From Minisyncoccia bacterium (GTDB lineage: Bacteria > Patescibacteriota > Minisyncoccia > Phycocordibacterales > Phycocordibacteraceae): DNA of 64,000 nt. Of this stretch, positions 55,609 to 64,000 are shown piece after piece. Location of the stretch: contig JBBQUV010000004.1 in the NCBI GenBank assembly GCA_038212075.1, forward strand, positions 12,317-76,316, written 5' to 3'. The notes under the pieces were generated by a model, which searched no databases, was not told where the DNA came from, and was given only the letters and a program-made list of their open reading frames with translations. A program made the position numbers and the translations under genes. Position 1 is the first letter of the stretch. Every line of letters begins with the position of its first letter.

Positions 55609-56007
55609 TCAGTTCGCCATCGATTCTGCACGATCCATCATGGCGATGATCGGGCGTTGGTCGTTCAGCTTCGGGTCTACGAAACAGCTCAGGACACGCC
55701 GCACATCGACGAACACAAGGTGTGCGTAGCCGCCGAGACGGGCGAGCTGATCCTGGGGAAAACGGTTGGACCGTGTTCCTTCAGAGAGCATCTCAATCTC
55801 GTCGCTGAGGTCGTGCTTCACCAGTGTCCCTTTCGGAACAATGCTGGTGCGGAACGACAGCGTGGCGAGCGGTCGGTTGTTCGGTCCCACGAGGAACCGT
55901 CTCGTTCCCGACACGATTCTGTCGAGACCGTCCACATGCGCGGCCATCAGACCGAGCAGAAACAAATTTTTGTGAGCCACAAGTGGCTCAAGAACTGCCG
56001 CGTCCAT
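55609..56007 (-). CDS. Hypothetical protein
   Basis: AAGGAGG SD before ATG (MDAAVLEP...), TTGTCA-17-TATGGT upstream. Confidence 0.6.
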   Translation of the reverse strand: MDAAVLEPLVAHKNLFLLGLMAAHVDGLDRIVSGTRRFLVGPNNRPLATLSFRTSIVPKGTLVKHDLSDEIEMLSEGTRSNRFPQDQLARLGGYAHLVFVDVRRVLSCFVDPKLNDQRPIIAMMDRAESMAN

Positions 56008-56085
56008 TGGTTCCTCCTTGTTGCGGTTAAATAGAACCATACAATAAAAATACGAAAATGACAAATATGGTAGAGTGCATAACTA

Positions 56086-58155
56086 ATGGCGAGCAATTTC
56101 AAGCTCCATACGCCGTTTCCGCCAGCTGGCGATCAGCCAAAGGCTATCGAGTCCTTAAATAAAGGCCTCGATAGAGGAATGAGGCACCAAACACTTCTTG
56201 GAGTTACGGGCTCTGGTAAAACCTTTACCTGCGCGAATGTGATCGCTCACTTTGATAAGCCAACACTCGTAATGGCGCACAACAAAACGCTTGCGGCACA
56301 GCTTGCGCAGGAATACAAAGAATTTTTTCCAGAAAATGCGGTGCATTACTTCGTTTCCTACTACGACTACTATCAGCCGGAAGCATACATTGCGCATTCT
56401 GATACGTACATTGAAAAAGAAGCGATGATTAATGCGGAAATTGATCGCTTGCGGCACGCGGCTACTCAAGCGCTCCTTACTCGCAAGGACGTGATTATTG
56501 TTGCGTCGGTCTCTGCTATTTATGGGCTTGGTTCGCCAGCAGAATACGAAAAAGTGCACGTGCGTTTGGTCGTGGGCGAAGAATCAGAGGGCGGCCGTGC
56601 GGGCCTCATTCGAAAATTTATTCGGATCTTCTTTGAACGCACGCCCGCTGACCTTGAGCCCGGAAAAATTCGTGCAGTGGGGAATGCGGTGGAGTTTATG
56701 CCCGTGAACGAACGTTCTATTTACCGTGTGCGTTTTGACGGAGACACCATTATGGGAATTGAAGTGCTTGACCCTGTTTCTCGCGCAAAGACCGGAGAAG
56801 TGAAAAGTGTATTTGTGTTTCCGGCAAAGCACTTTGTTGCAGGTGAAGAAGAACGCGCACGGGCGATTGAAGACATCAAGCTTGAACTTGAGGAACAGCT
56901 TGCAAAACTGAAGCGCGAAGAAAAACCGCTTGAAGCAGAACGCTTGAAGCGTCGCACTCTTCACGATCTCGCCCTTATTCGTGAGATGGGATACACAAGT
57001 GGCATTGAAAACTACTCACGCCACTTTGATGGTCGCACGGCAGGGGAACCGCCCCACACACTGCTTTCCTATTTTCCACATAAAAAAGATGGTTCTCCGG
57101 ACTTTCTGACCGTGATTGATGAATCGCACGTCACCGTATCGCAAATTGGTGGCATGTATGCCGGCGACCGTTCACGTAAAGATGTGCTTGTGGAGCACGG
57201 CTTTCGTTTGCCATCGGCGCGTGATAACCGCCCACTTATGTTTGAAGAATTTGAAAAACGAGTGGGTCAGGTGCTCTACACAAGCGCAACGCCCGGAAAC
57301 TACGAACGGGAACATTCTGTTTCGCCCGATGGTCAAATTGTTGAACAAATCATTCGTCCTACAGGATTGATTGATCCGGAGTTGGTCATTCGTCCAGTTA
57401 CTGAGGAAGGGAAGTTCCGCGGACAAGTTGCCGATTTTATAGACGAAGCGGCAATCGTGATTGCTCGTGGTGGTAGAGCACTTGCGACAACACTCACTAA
57501 ACAAATGGCGGAAGATCTTTCTTCATTTCTTCGAGAAAAGAAAATGAAGGCGGAGTATTTGCATTCCGATATAAAAACCATTGATCGTATTGAAATTCTT
57601 ACGGCGTTTCGTAGGGGTGAGTTTGATATTCTTGTGGGGGTGAACTTGCTTCGCGAAGGACTCGATCTTCCGGAAGTGGAGCTAGTGGGTATTTTGGATG
57701 CCGACAAAGAAGGGTTTTTGCGTTCGGAAACATCGCTTATCCAAACCATTGGGCGCGCGGCGCGCAACGTGCTTGGGCGGGTGATTTTGTATGCTGATGT
57801 TATGACGGGTTCTCTCAATCGTGCAATTAGTGAAACGAACCGACGTCGTACGGTACAACTTGCCTATAACAAAAAGCATGGCATCACACCTATTTCTATT
57901 AAAAAAGAAATTCGCGACATCGCCGAGTCTATGCGCAGTGAGCACGACAAAACCGTGGATTCCATGCTCGCGCTCGACTCCAAGCTCTTTAAAGAAGACC
58001 CTGAGTCATTCTTGGCGCGTAAGCGTGAAGAAATGGAGCAGGCAGTGGAAGAACTTGATTTTGAAACGGCGGCCGTGATTCGTGACGAGATCTATAAATT
58101 GGAAGGCAAGAAAACAAAAGAAAAGGGTCGACCACGTTCTCGTCGGGGTAGGTGA
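56086..58155 (+). CDS. uvrB: Excinuclease ABC subunit B
   Basis: GVTGSGKTF, YYDYYQPEAY, DESH, QTIGRAAR, FETAA..RD. Confidence 0.97.
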   Translation: MASNFKLHTPFPPAGDQPKAIESLNKGLDRGMRHQTLLGVTGSGKTFTCANVIAHFDKPTLVMAHNKTLAAQLAQEYKEFFPENAVHYFVSYYDYYQPEAYIAHSDTYIEKEAMINAEIDRLRHAATQALLTRKDVIIVASVSAIYGLGSPAEYEKVHVRLVVGEESEGGRAGLIRKFIRIFFERTPADLEPGKIRAVGNAVEFMPVNERSIYRVRFDGDTIMGIEVLDPVSRAKTGEVKSVFVFPAKHFVAGEEERARAIEDIKLELEEQLAKLKREEKPLEAERLKRRTLHDLALIREMGYTSGIENYSRHFDGRTAGEPPHTLLSYFPHKKDGSPDFLTVIDESHVTVSQIGGMYAGDRSRKDVLVEHGFRLPSARDNRPLMFEEFEKRVGQVLYTSATPGNYEREHSVSPDGQIVEQIIRPTGLIDPELVIRPVTEEGKFRGQVADFIDEAAIVIARGGRALATTLTKQMAEDLSSFLREKKMKAEYLHSDIKTIDRIEILTAFRRGEFDILVGVNLLREGLDLPEVELVGILDADKEGFLRSETSLIQTIGRAARNVLGRVILYADVMTGSLNRAISETNRRRTVQLAYNKKHGITPISIKKEIRDIAESMRSEHDKTVDSMLALDSKLFKEDPESFLARKREEMEQAVEELDFETAAVIRDEIYKLEGKKTKEKGRPRSRRGR

Positions 58156-58205
58156 CGTATTTAAAAAATGAGGTAGAGTAACTTCCGGCCTGAAAGGAGG
58201 GCGTT

Positions 58206-58775
58206 ATGCGACCAAGTACAGAAATCCGTCTTCCTAGGACGGGTGAACTGATATCACGGGAAAAGCTTGCGGCTGTTCTCATCGATATGCAACCTGCGTT
58301 CGTGTATCGGTTAGAGCCTAACGAACGGAAGAAGCTCATTGCAGGACAACTGCAGGTAATCAAGGATTGCGCCTTGTACGACATTCCTTTGATTGTCATC
58401 GAACTACGCCGCTGGTGGAAGTTTGGGTGGACTATTCGAGCACTACGGCGAGCCAGTAAAAAAGTTCCTCGGGTGATGACGTTGCGAAAACGGCACAACA
58501 ACGCTTTCAATGAAACTGTTCTTCTGCAGCAATTAGAAGCATTCGACGTTCGTCACCTCGTGGTGATGGGCCTTAACATGTCTGTTTGCGTGAAAGAAAC
58601 GTGCCAGACCGCTCGCGAAGAGTATGGTTTCGGCATTATTACCGCAGACAATCTTATCTCGTGTATTTCTCCGCCAGCGCGCGAAGTACATCGATCTTGG
58701 TATGACGTCTGGGGACGCGTCTACACCAGAATGCCACCTCTTACAGAACTTCTTGAAAACCCTTACCCCCAATAA
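58206..58775 (+). CDS. Isochorismatase-family cysteine hydrolase
   Basis: LIDMQ (Asp), K...NAF, VCVKET (Cys); AGGAGG SD. Confidence 0.8.
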   Translation: MRPSTEIRLPRTGELISREKLAAVLIDMQPAFVYRLEPNERKKLIAGQLQVIKDCALYDIPLIVIELRRWWKFGWTIRALRRASKKVPRVMTLRKRHNNAFNETVLLQQLEAFDVRHLVVMGLNMSVCVKETCQTAREEYGFGIITADNLISCISPPAREVHRSWYDVWGRVYTRMPPLTELLENPYPQ

Positions 58776-58823
58776 GGGTTTTCACTTTTAATATCAATCG
58801 TGATGATTTGCTATCATTCACGC

Positions 58824-59897
58824 ATGCCTCTTTGGCTTATTTATAGTATCGCGTATGTGTTGCTTGCTGGTGGTATTGGTGCGGGCGCATATTTCTTTGT
58901 ACAAATTGTATTGCCACCGATTCATGCAGGAAATGAATTATTTTTCATTGCGGGTTCAGAAGTGGTTACGCTCAGTGTTGCGCTCACGGTGTTCATCGGT
59001 ATTCTTTTTTTTGTTCTTGCTCGAGTGACGGCGAGCCCAACACGAAAACTCACTAGAGCAGTAGATGCCTTTGCCGACCGTGGTGAACATCTTGCTGTAG
59101 TGATTCCTTCTTTTGCGCCACTTGAAATAAAACAGTTGATCGTTTCTTTTATTAATCTTCTACGTGGTGTCGAAGAATCACAAAAACACGAAGCTGATGT
59201 GGCACATGTTCGTTCCGATTTTATTTCAACCGCCGCACACCAATTGCGTACTCCGCTTACCGGTATTCGCTGGGCGCTTGAGGCACTGCAAACGAGTGAA
59301 CTGACAGAAGAACAGCGCGCGCTTATAAAAAACGCGAGCGACAAAAGCAAAGATTTAGTACAAATTGTTAAAACTCTTCTTGATATTTCAGCAATTGAAT
59401 CAGGAAAGCATCAATACACGTTTGCGCCTGTCGACATCATGCAGGTGGTAGAAGAAATTGCGGCTGATTTTAAACCGCTCGCGGCGGAACGAGAAATTAC
59501 CCTTGCGTGCGAGCACACTGATGGCTTACCGCTGGTGCGTGCCGATCGCGAACGTATTAAGTGGATTTTGAATAACTTGGTAGAAAATGCAATTCGGTAC
59601 ACACCGTCTCCGGGCTCGGTACGGCTTGCCGTGAACGCAAGCCGGGATACGCTTCGAGTGCTTATTCGCGATACTGGTATTGGTATACCTACAAACGACC
59701 GTGGCAATATTTTTGAGCGATTCTATCGAGGGAAAAATGCGGCCGCAAAAGAAAATGAAGGTAATGGGCTCGGACTCTACATTGCCCGCACTATTGCAAA
59801 CGACCACGGTGGCGACTTAAACTTTAGCGCAAATGAATCGGGGCCAGGCACTACCTTCACCCTGTCTTTACCTATCCATGGCCCTTCGGGCGCATAG
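58824..59897 (+). CDS. Sensor histidine kinase (2 TM, HAMP-like, HisKA, HATPase)
   Basis: AAHQLRTPLT, NLVENAIRY, DTGIGI, GNGLGL. Confidence 0.92.
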   Translation: MPLWLIYSIAYVLLAGGIGAGAYFFVQIVLPPIHAGNELFFIAGSEVVTLSVALTVFIGILFFVLARVTASPTRKLTRAVDAFADRGEHLAVVIPSFAPLEIKQLIVSFINLLRGVEESQKHEADVAHVRSDFISTAAHQLRTPLTGIRWALEALQTSELTEEQRALIKNASDKSKDLVQIVKTLLDISAIESGKHQYTFAPVDIMQVVEEIAADFKPLAAEREITLACEHTDGLPLVRADRERIKWILNNLVENAIRYTPSPGSVRLAVNASRDTLRVLIRDTGIGIPTNDRGNIFERFYRGKNAAAKENEGNGLGLYIARTIANDHGGDLNFSANESGPGTTFTLSLPIHGPSGA

Positions 59898-59946
59898 CTG
59901 TATATAAGGACTGTTATCAAGTCTTTCCTTGCGGTACACTCTTGCT

Positions 59947-60327
59947 ATGGCTGATGCAAAATTCATGTTGGTGGTTGAAGACGACCCGGTGCTTAAAAAT
60001 TTGTTGGGACATACCTTTGCAGGGAAATACCAAACACTCTACGCTTCGGACGGTACCGAAGCACTCTCTTTTTTTGAGCAATACAAACCAGCAATGGTGT
60101 TGCTTGATTTGATGCTCCCGGGCGGAATGAATGGATTCACTATTTTAGAAAAAATCCGCGCTCGCACCGATGACTTGAAAAACACACCCATTATCGTTGT
60201 TTCCAATCTTGGGCAAGAAAGTGATAAAGAAAAAGCAAAAACACTTGGCGCAAACGACTACATGGTAAAGGCAGAAGTGTCGGTTGAGGAAATTGTACAA
60301 AAAATAGAGCAAATTTTGGCTACCTAG
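59947..60327 (+). CDS. Single-domain response regulator
   Basis: VVEDD, LLDLMLP, SN, GA.DY.VK; no output domain. Confidence 0.9.
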   Translation: MADAKFMLVVEDDPVLKNLLGHTFAGKYQTLYASDGTEALSFFEQYKPAMVLLDLMLPGGMNGFTILEKIRARTDDLKNTPIIVVSNLGQESDKEKAKTLGANDYMVKAEVSVEEIVQKIEQILAT

Positions 60328-60381
60328 AGCGTTCTGCTATACTCGTACACGTACCTGTCCCACCACGGGCAGGAACTATCT

Positions 60382-63015
60382 ATGAGCACTGGAAAATCAA
60401 AATCTGAACACCACGCACGCGGCGCCGACTGGCTCCGCGTGAAGGGTGCGCGTACCCACAACCTAAAGAACATCAGCGTGGATATGCCGCGCGGCGCTAT
60501 GACGGTTATCACCGGACTTTCTGGTTCTGGTAAATCATCGCTTGCTTTTGATACTATTTTCGCCGAAGGTCAGCGCCGTTATGTGGAATCTCTTTCTGCC
60601 TACGCGCGACAATTTTTGAATCAAATGGCAAAACCGGACGTGGACGAAATCACTGGATTGTCGCCTGCCATTTCTATAGATCAAAAAAGCCGTTCCAACA
60701 ACCCGCGCTCCACGGTCGCAACGATTACGGAGATTTATGACTATCTGCGCGTGCTCTATGCGCGTGCAGGCCAGCCGTATTGTGTGAATCACGATGTGCC
60801 TATTGTGAAGCTTTCAAAAGAAGAAATGATAAAGCTCGTGATGACCCGCATGAATGCGCGCGGCGAAGGTGAAGACAGCAAAGTTATGGGTGTGGCGGTG
60901 GACAAGCGCGCCATCACTATTTATGCGCCAGTGGTAGTGGGACGAAAAGGCGAGTACTACCAAATGCTCTATGACCTTCTTGGGAAGGGATATGAAAAGG
61001 TGGTGGTGGATGGGAAAACCCATTCGCTTCGCGAAAAGATTGAACTGGATCGCAACAAACGTCACGACATTGATGCCCTTGTAGATTCTATTTTTATATC
61101 GGAGTTTACTCGTAACGCATCTGCGGCGCGTGAACGCCTCTCGGAAGCCTTGGAGCTTGCGCTTAAAGAAGCGGACGGTCTCGTGAAGATTAAACACATT
61201 GATGGCACGCTTGAAACACTTTCGTCCAAATTCATTTGTCCTGAAGACGGCGCGTCATTTCCTGAAGTAGAGCCGCGTCTTTTTTCTTTCAATAGTCCCT
61301 ACGGTGCTTGCCCAGCTTGTAACGGTCTTGGTACGGAGTCGCTTTTTTCTGAAGAAATTTGTCCTGTCTGTAATGGTGCGCGTTTGCGCCCTGAAGCACT
61401 GCGCGTATATGTAAAAGGAAAGGATAAGGGGCTTGGAAAAAATATTGTTGAAGTGACCTCTCTTTCCATTAAGGATGCAAAGGCGTTTATGGATTCCATT
61501 CAGCTTTCGGAATTAAAGGAAGAAATCGCGGCGCCGATTGTGCGCGAAATTGATAGTCGTCTTCAGTTTATGTTGAACGTCGGGCTTGATTACCTCACCC
61601 TGAATCGCACGGCCGCCACGCTTTCTGGTGGTGAAGCTCAGCGTATCCGCCTTGCGTCTCAGCTTGGTACCGGTCTTGTGGGTGCCCTCTACGTGCTCGA
61701 TGAACCAACCATTGGACTTCACCAGCGCGACAATGATCGGCTCATTAAAACACTGGTTTCTTTGAAGGAGCTTGGAAACACTATTATTGTGGTGGAGCAC
61801 GATGAAGACACGATTTATTCGTCGGACTATCTTATTGATATTGGACCCGGCGCAGGAACGCATGGTGGGAAAGTGGTAGCGTCCGGATGGCTTGATGATT
61901 TGCTTACGGCAAAGAAAAACGAAAGCGGTTCGCTCACTCTTTCCTATTTGCGCGAAGAAACGGAAATTCCCGTACCGGAAGAACGTCGTACTTCAGAAAA
62001 AGGCGCTATTAAAGTGCGTGGTGCAACGCTTCATAACCTAAAAAATCAAAACATAGACGTACCACTTGGGAAATTGGTGGGCATCACTGGCGTATCGGGT
62101 TCGGGCAAGTCCACTTTTATGTATGACATTCTGCACAAGAACGTCGCGGCTCGTTTCTCTCGCCGCGAAACCAAACCGGTGCACTGTGCATCTATTACAG
62201 GCACTGAATATTTGGGACGCGTGGTAATGATTGATCAGTCGCCGATTGGGCGCACGCCACGCAGTAATCCTGCGACCTATACGGGTGCATTTACGCACAT
62301 TCGCGATCTCTTTTCGTCTGCCGCTGAAGCCCGCGCGCGCGGATGGCGTCCGGGGCGGTTCTCTTTTAACGTTCCGGGTGGTCGGTGTGAAGCGTGTCAG
62401 GGCAACGGAATGATTGCTGTTGAGATGCACTTTTTGCCGACCGTGTATGTAACCTGCGATGTGTGCAACGGAACGCGCTTTATGAAAGAAACGCTTGAAA
62501 TTACCTATCGCGGTAAAAATATTTTTGAAGTTCTCCAAATGACGATTGAAGAAGCGCGAAAGTTTTTTGAAGACATTCCTGCAATTTCTGATCGCCTTGA
62601 AACGCTTGCCTCAACAGGACTCGATTACCTTACCCTTGGACAGTCGGCAACTACGCTTTCTGGTGGGGAAGCTCAGCGTGTGAAAATCGCGAGCGAATTT
62701 TATCGCCCCGTTACCATGAAGACGTTGTATCTTTTGGACGAACCAACGGTAGGACTTCACTATGAAGACGTAAAGAAGCTTTTGGAAATTTTGCAGGAAC
62801 TCGTACGACGCGGAAATACGGTGGTCGTGATTGAACACAATTTGGACGTTATTAAATCTGCCGATTATCTTATCGACTTTGGTCCCGAGGGCGGACTTGG
62901 TGGCGGAAAAGTAATTGCAAAAGGCACGCCGGAAGAAGTTGCAGATACAAAAGGTTCACACACCGGTGAATATCTTGCAAAAGCACTTAAGCGTCGCGTA
63001 AAAAAGACAAAATAA
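60382..63015 (+). CDS. uvrA: Excinuclease ABC subunit A
   Basis: GLSGSGKSS, two [17 protein letters not shown], Zn fingers. Confidence 0.97.
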   Translation: MSTGKSKSEHHARGADWLRVKGARTHNLKNISVDMPRGAMTVITGLSGSGKSSLAFDTIFAEGQRRYVESLSAYARQFLNQMAKPDVDEITGLSPAISIDQKSRSNNPRSTVATITEIYDYLRVLYARAGQPYCVNHDVPIVKLSKEEMIKLVMTRMNARGEGEDSKVMGVAVDKRAITIYAPVVVGRKGEYYQMLYDLLGKGYEKVVVDGKTHSLREKIELDRNKRHDIDALVDSIFISEFTRNASAARERLSEALELALKEADGLVKIKHIDGTLETLSSKFICPEDGASFPEVEPRLFSFNSPYGACPACNGLGTESLFSEEICPVCNGARLRPEALRVYVKGKDKGLGKNIVEVTSLSIKDAKAFMDSIQLSELKEEIAAPIVREIDSRLQFMLNVGLDYLTLNRTAATLSGGEAQRIRLASQLGTGLVGALYVLDEPTIGLHQRDNDRLIKTLVSLKELGNTIIVVEHDEDTIYSSDYLIDIGPGAGTHGGKVVASGWLDDLLTAKKNESGSLTLSYLREETEIPVPEERRTSEKGAIKVRGATLHNLKNQNIDVPLGKLVGITGVSGSGKSTFMYDILHKNVAARFSRRETKPVHCASITGTEYLGRVVMIDQSPIGRTPRSNPATYTGAFTHIRDLFSSAAEARARGWRPGRFSFNVPGGRCEACQGNGMIAVEMHFLPTVYVTCDVCNGTRFMKETLEITYRGKNIFEVLQMTIEEARKFFEDIPAISDRLETLASTGLDYLTLGQSATTLSGGEAQRVKIASEFYRPVTMKTLYLLDEPTVGLHYEDVKKLLEILQELVRRGNTVVVIEHNLDVIKSADYLIDFGPEGGLGGGKVIAKGTPEEVADTKGSHTGEYLAKALKRRVKKTK

Positions 63016-63087
63016 GGGGTGTTGATAACTCGTTCCTGAGAGGTGCTAGTATTAATTCTTTAGAGGCTCTCTATACGGGTGAACCAT

Positions 63088-63294
63088 ATGTCAGCAGCTC
63101 TCAAGCCTGAGCCGCAACCGGTAATTATCGTGTCTCGCGAATCGCTTATCGATTTAGAAACGATGGAGCGTGCGTATAAGCAGTATCACGGTAGTCCGCA
63201 GGATACGAAAGAGTCGGCACTCAAGTACTACGAAGAATATCGTAGAACCGGAGAGTTACCTTTTTTCGCAAAACGCGTGCTCGGCATATTGTAG
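63088..63294 (+). CDS. Small hypothetical protein
   Basis: 68-aa ORF in the uvrA-uvrC gap, followed by a GC hairpin. Confidence 0.45.
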   Translation: MSAALKPEPQPVIIVSRESLIDLETMERAYKQYHGSPQDTKESALKYYEEYRRTGELPFFAKRVLGIL

Positions 63295-63369
63295 AACGGG
63301 TTCGTCTCACGACGGACCCGGCTCTATTTCAAGATTGCTTGCGTGAGTGTTGACGCGTAGGATTGTTAT

Positions 63370-64000
63370 ATGGAACGCACAGATTTACAGAAATTTGATT
63401 TGCCGGATGTGCCCGGAGTGTATTTATTTACCGAAGGTAAGGGGCGGGCGAAAAAAGTGCTTTATGTAGGGAAGGCAACATCACTTCGTGACCGCGTGCG
63501 CTCCTATTTTGATAATGATTTGATTGCCACACGCGGACCGCGCGTGGTGGACATGGTGACCCGTTCAACGGGGTTACGGTACGAAACCACACCAACCGTA
63601 CTTGAAGCCTTGGTACGTGAAGCGGCAATGATTCGTGAGTATGACCCGCCAGCAAATGCCATGGGCAAAGATGATAAATCATTTTTGTACGCAGTGATTA
63701 CCGACGAAACCATTCCGCGAGTGCTCGCATTTCGCGGCACTGATATTGATGACGACACTAAACGCGTCGTGCCGGGAAATATTCCACTCAAAGAGTCATA
63801 CGGTCCGTTTCCGTCAGGCTACCAGCTACGAGAAGGGCTCCGTCTCATTCGTCGCATCTTTCCTTTTTACGATACCGATAGGCCACTTACGATTAATACT
63901 GAAACAGGCAGGGTAATGCGCGAGGGAAATAAACACCATCAGGCAAAAGTGGAGTTTGGTCGCCAAATTGGGCAGTACCCACGTGAATTTAAACGTAAAG
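63370..64000 (+). CDS. uvrC: Excinuclease ABC subunit C (GIY-YIG N-terminus); runs off window
   Basis: Hand translation MERTDLQKFDLPDVPGVYLF...VLYVGKATSLRDRVRSYF; missing from the ORF track because it has no stop in the window. Confidence 0.88.
   Translation, partial: MERTDLQKFDLPDVPGVYLFTEGKGRAKKVLYVGKATSLRDRVRSYFDNDLIATRGPRVVDMVTRSTGLRYETTPTVLEALVREAAMIREYDPPANAMGKDDKSFLYAVITDETIPRVLAFRGTDIDDDTKRVVPGNIPLKESYGPFPSGYQLREGLRLIRRIFPFYDTDRPLTINTETGRVMREGNKHHQAKVEFGRQIGQYPREFKRK

Overview
Chromosomal window from a small-genome bacterium. Gene content and style suggest Patescibacteria/CPR, probably Parcubacteria (inference: class I LysRS, short ProRS, VirD4-like ATPase followed by a large low-complexity protein, minimal type IV pilus locus, no biosynthetic operons). 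The backbone is housekeeping: holB, frr, rseP, proS, mreBC(D), PBP2, greA, lysS, mraZ-rsmH-ftsL-ftsI-murF, msrB, bcp, nth, mutY, rnj, secG, groES/EL, pilB/pilC/pilins, tgt and uvrB/A/C. Three things stand out. (1) Bases 1-9959 are a co-oriented array of eight genes, six of which carry a PEP-utiliser phospho-His swivel domain. Only the first also has an ATP-grasp domain, four pair the swivel with divergent rifampin-phosphotransferase-like central domains, one is a bare swivel, and a histidine phosphatase sits in the middle. This looks like a split, multiplexed dikinase/phosphotransferase system. (2) Bases 20636-21840 hold two tandem cassettes sharing a promoter, a leaderless leader peptide and mutually exclusive 1:2, 2:3 and 3:4 RNA helices, like a ribosome-coupled attenuator. 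One leader peptide is rich in Ile/Val/Leu, the other has Trp/Phe/Tyr, and they precede unrelated orphan ORFs. (3) Many core genes look leaderless (TAnnnT 6 nt before ATG), whereas scattered single orphan genes have -35/-10 promoters, Shine-Dalgarno motifs and related terminators. No rRNA, tRNA, CRISPR array or transposase was seen. All calls come from reading motifs by eye; no database search was run.
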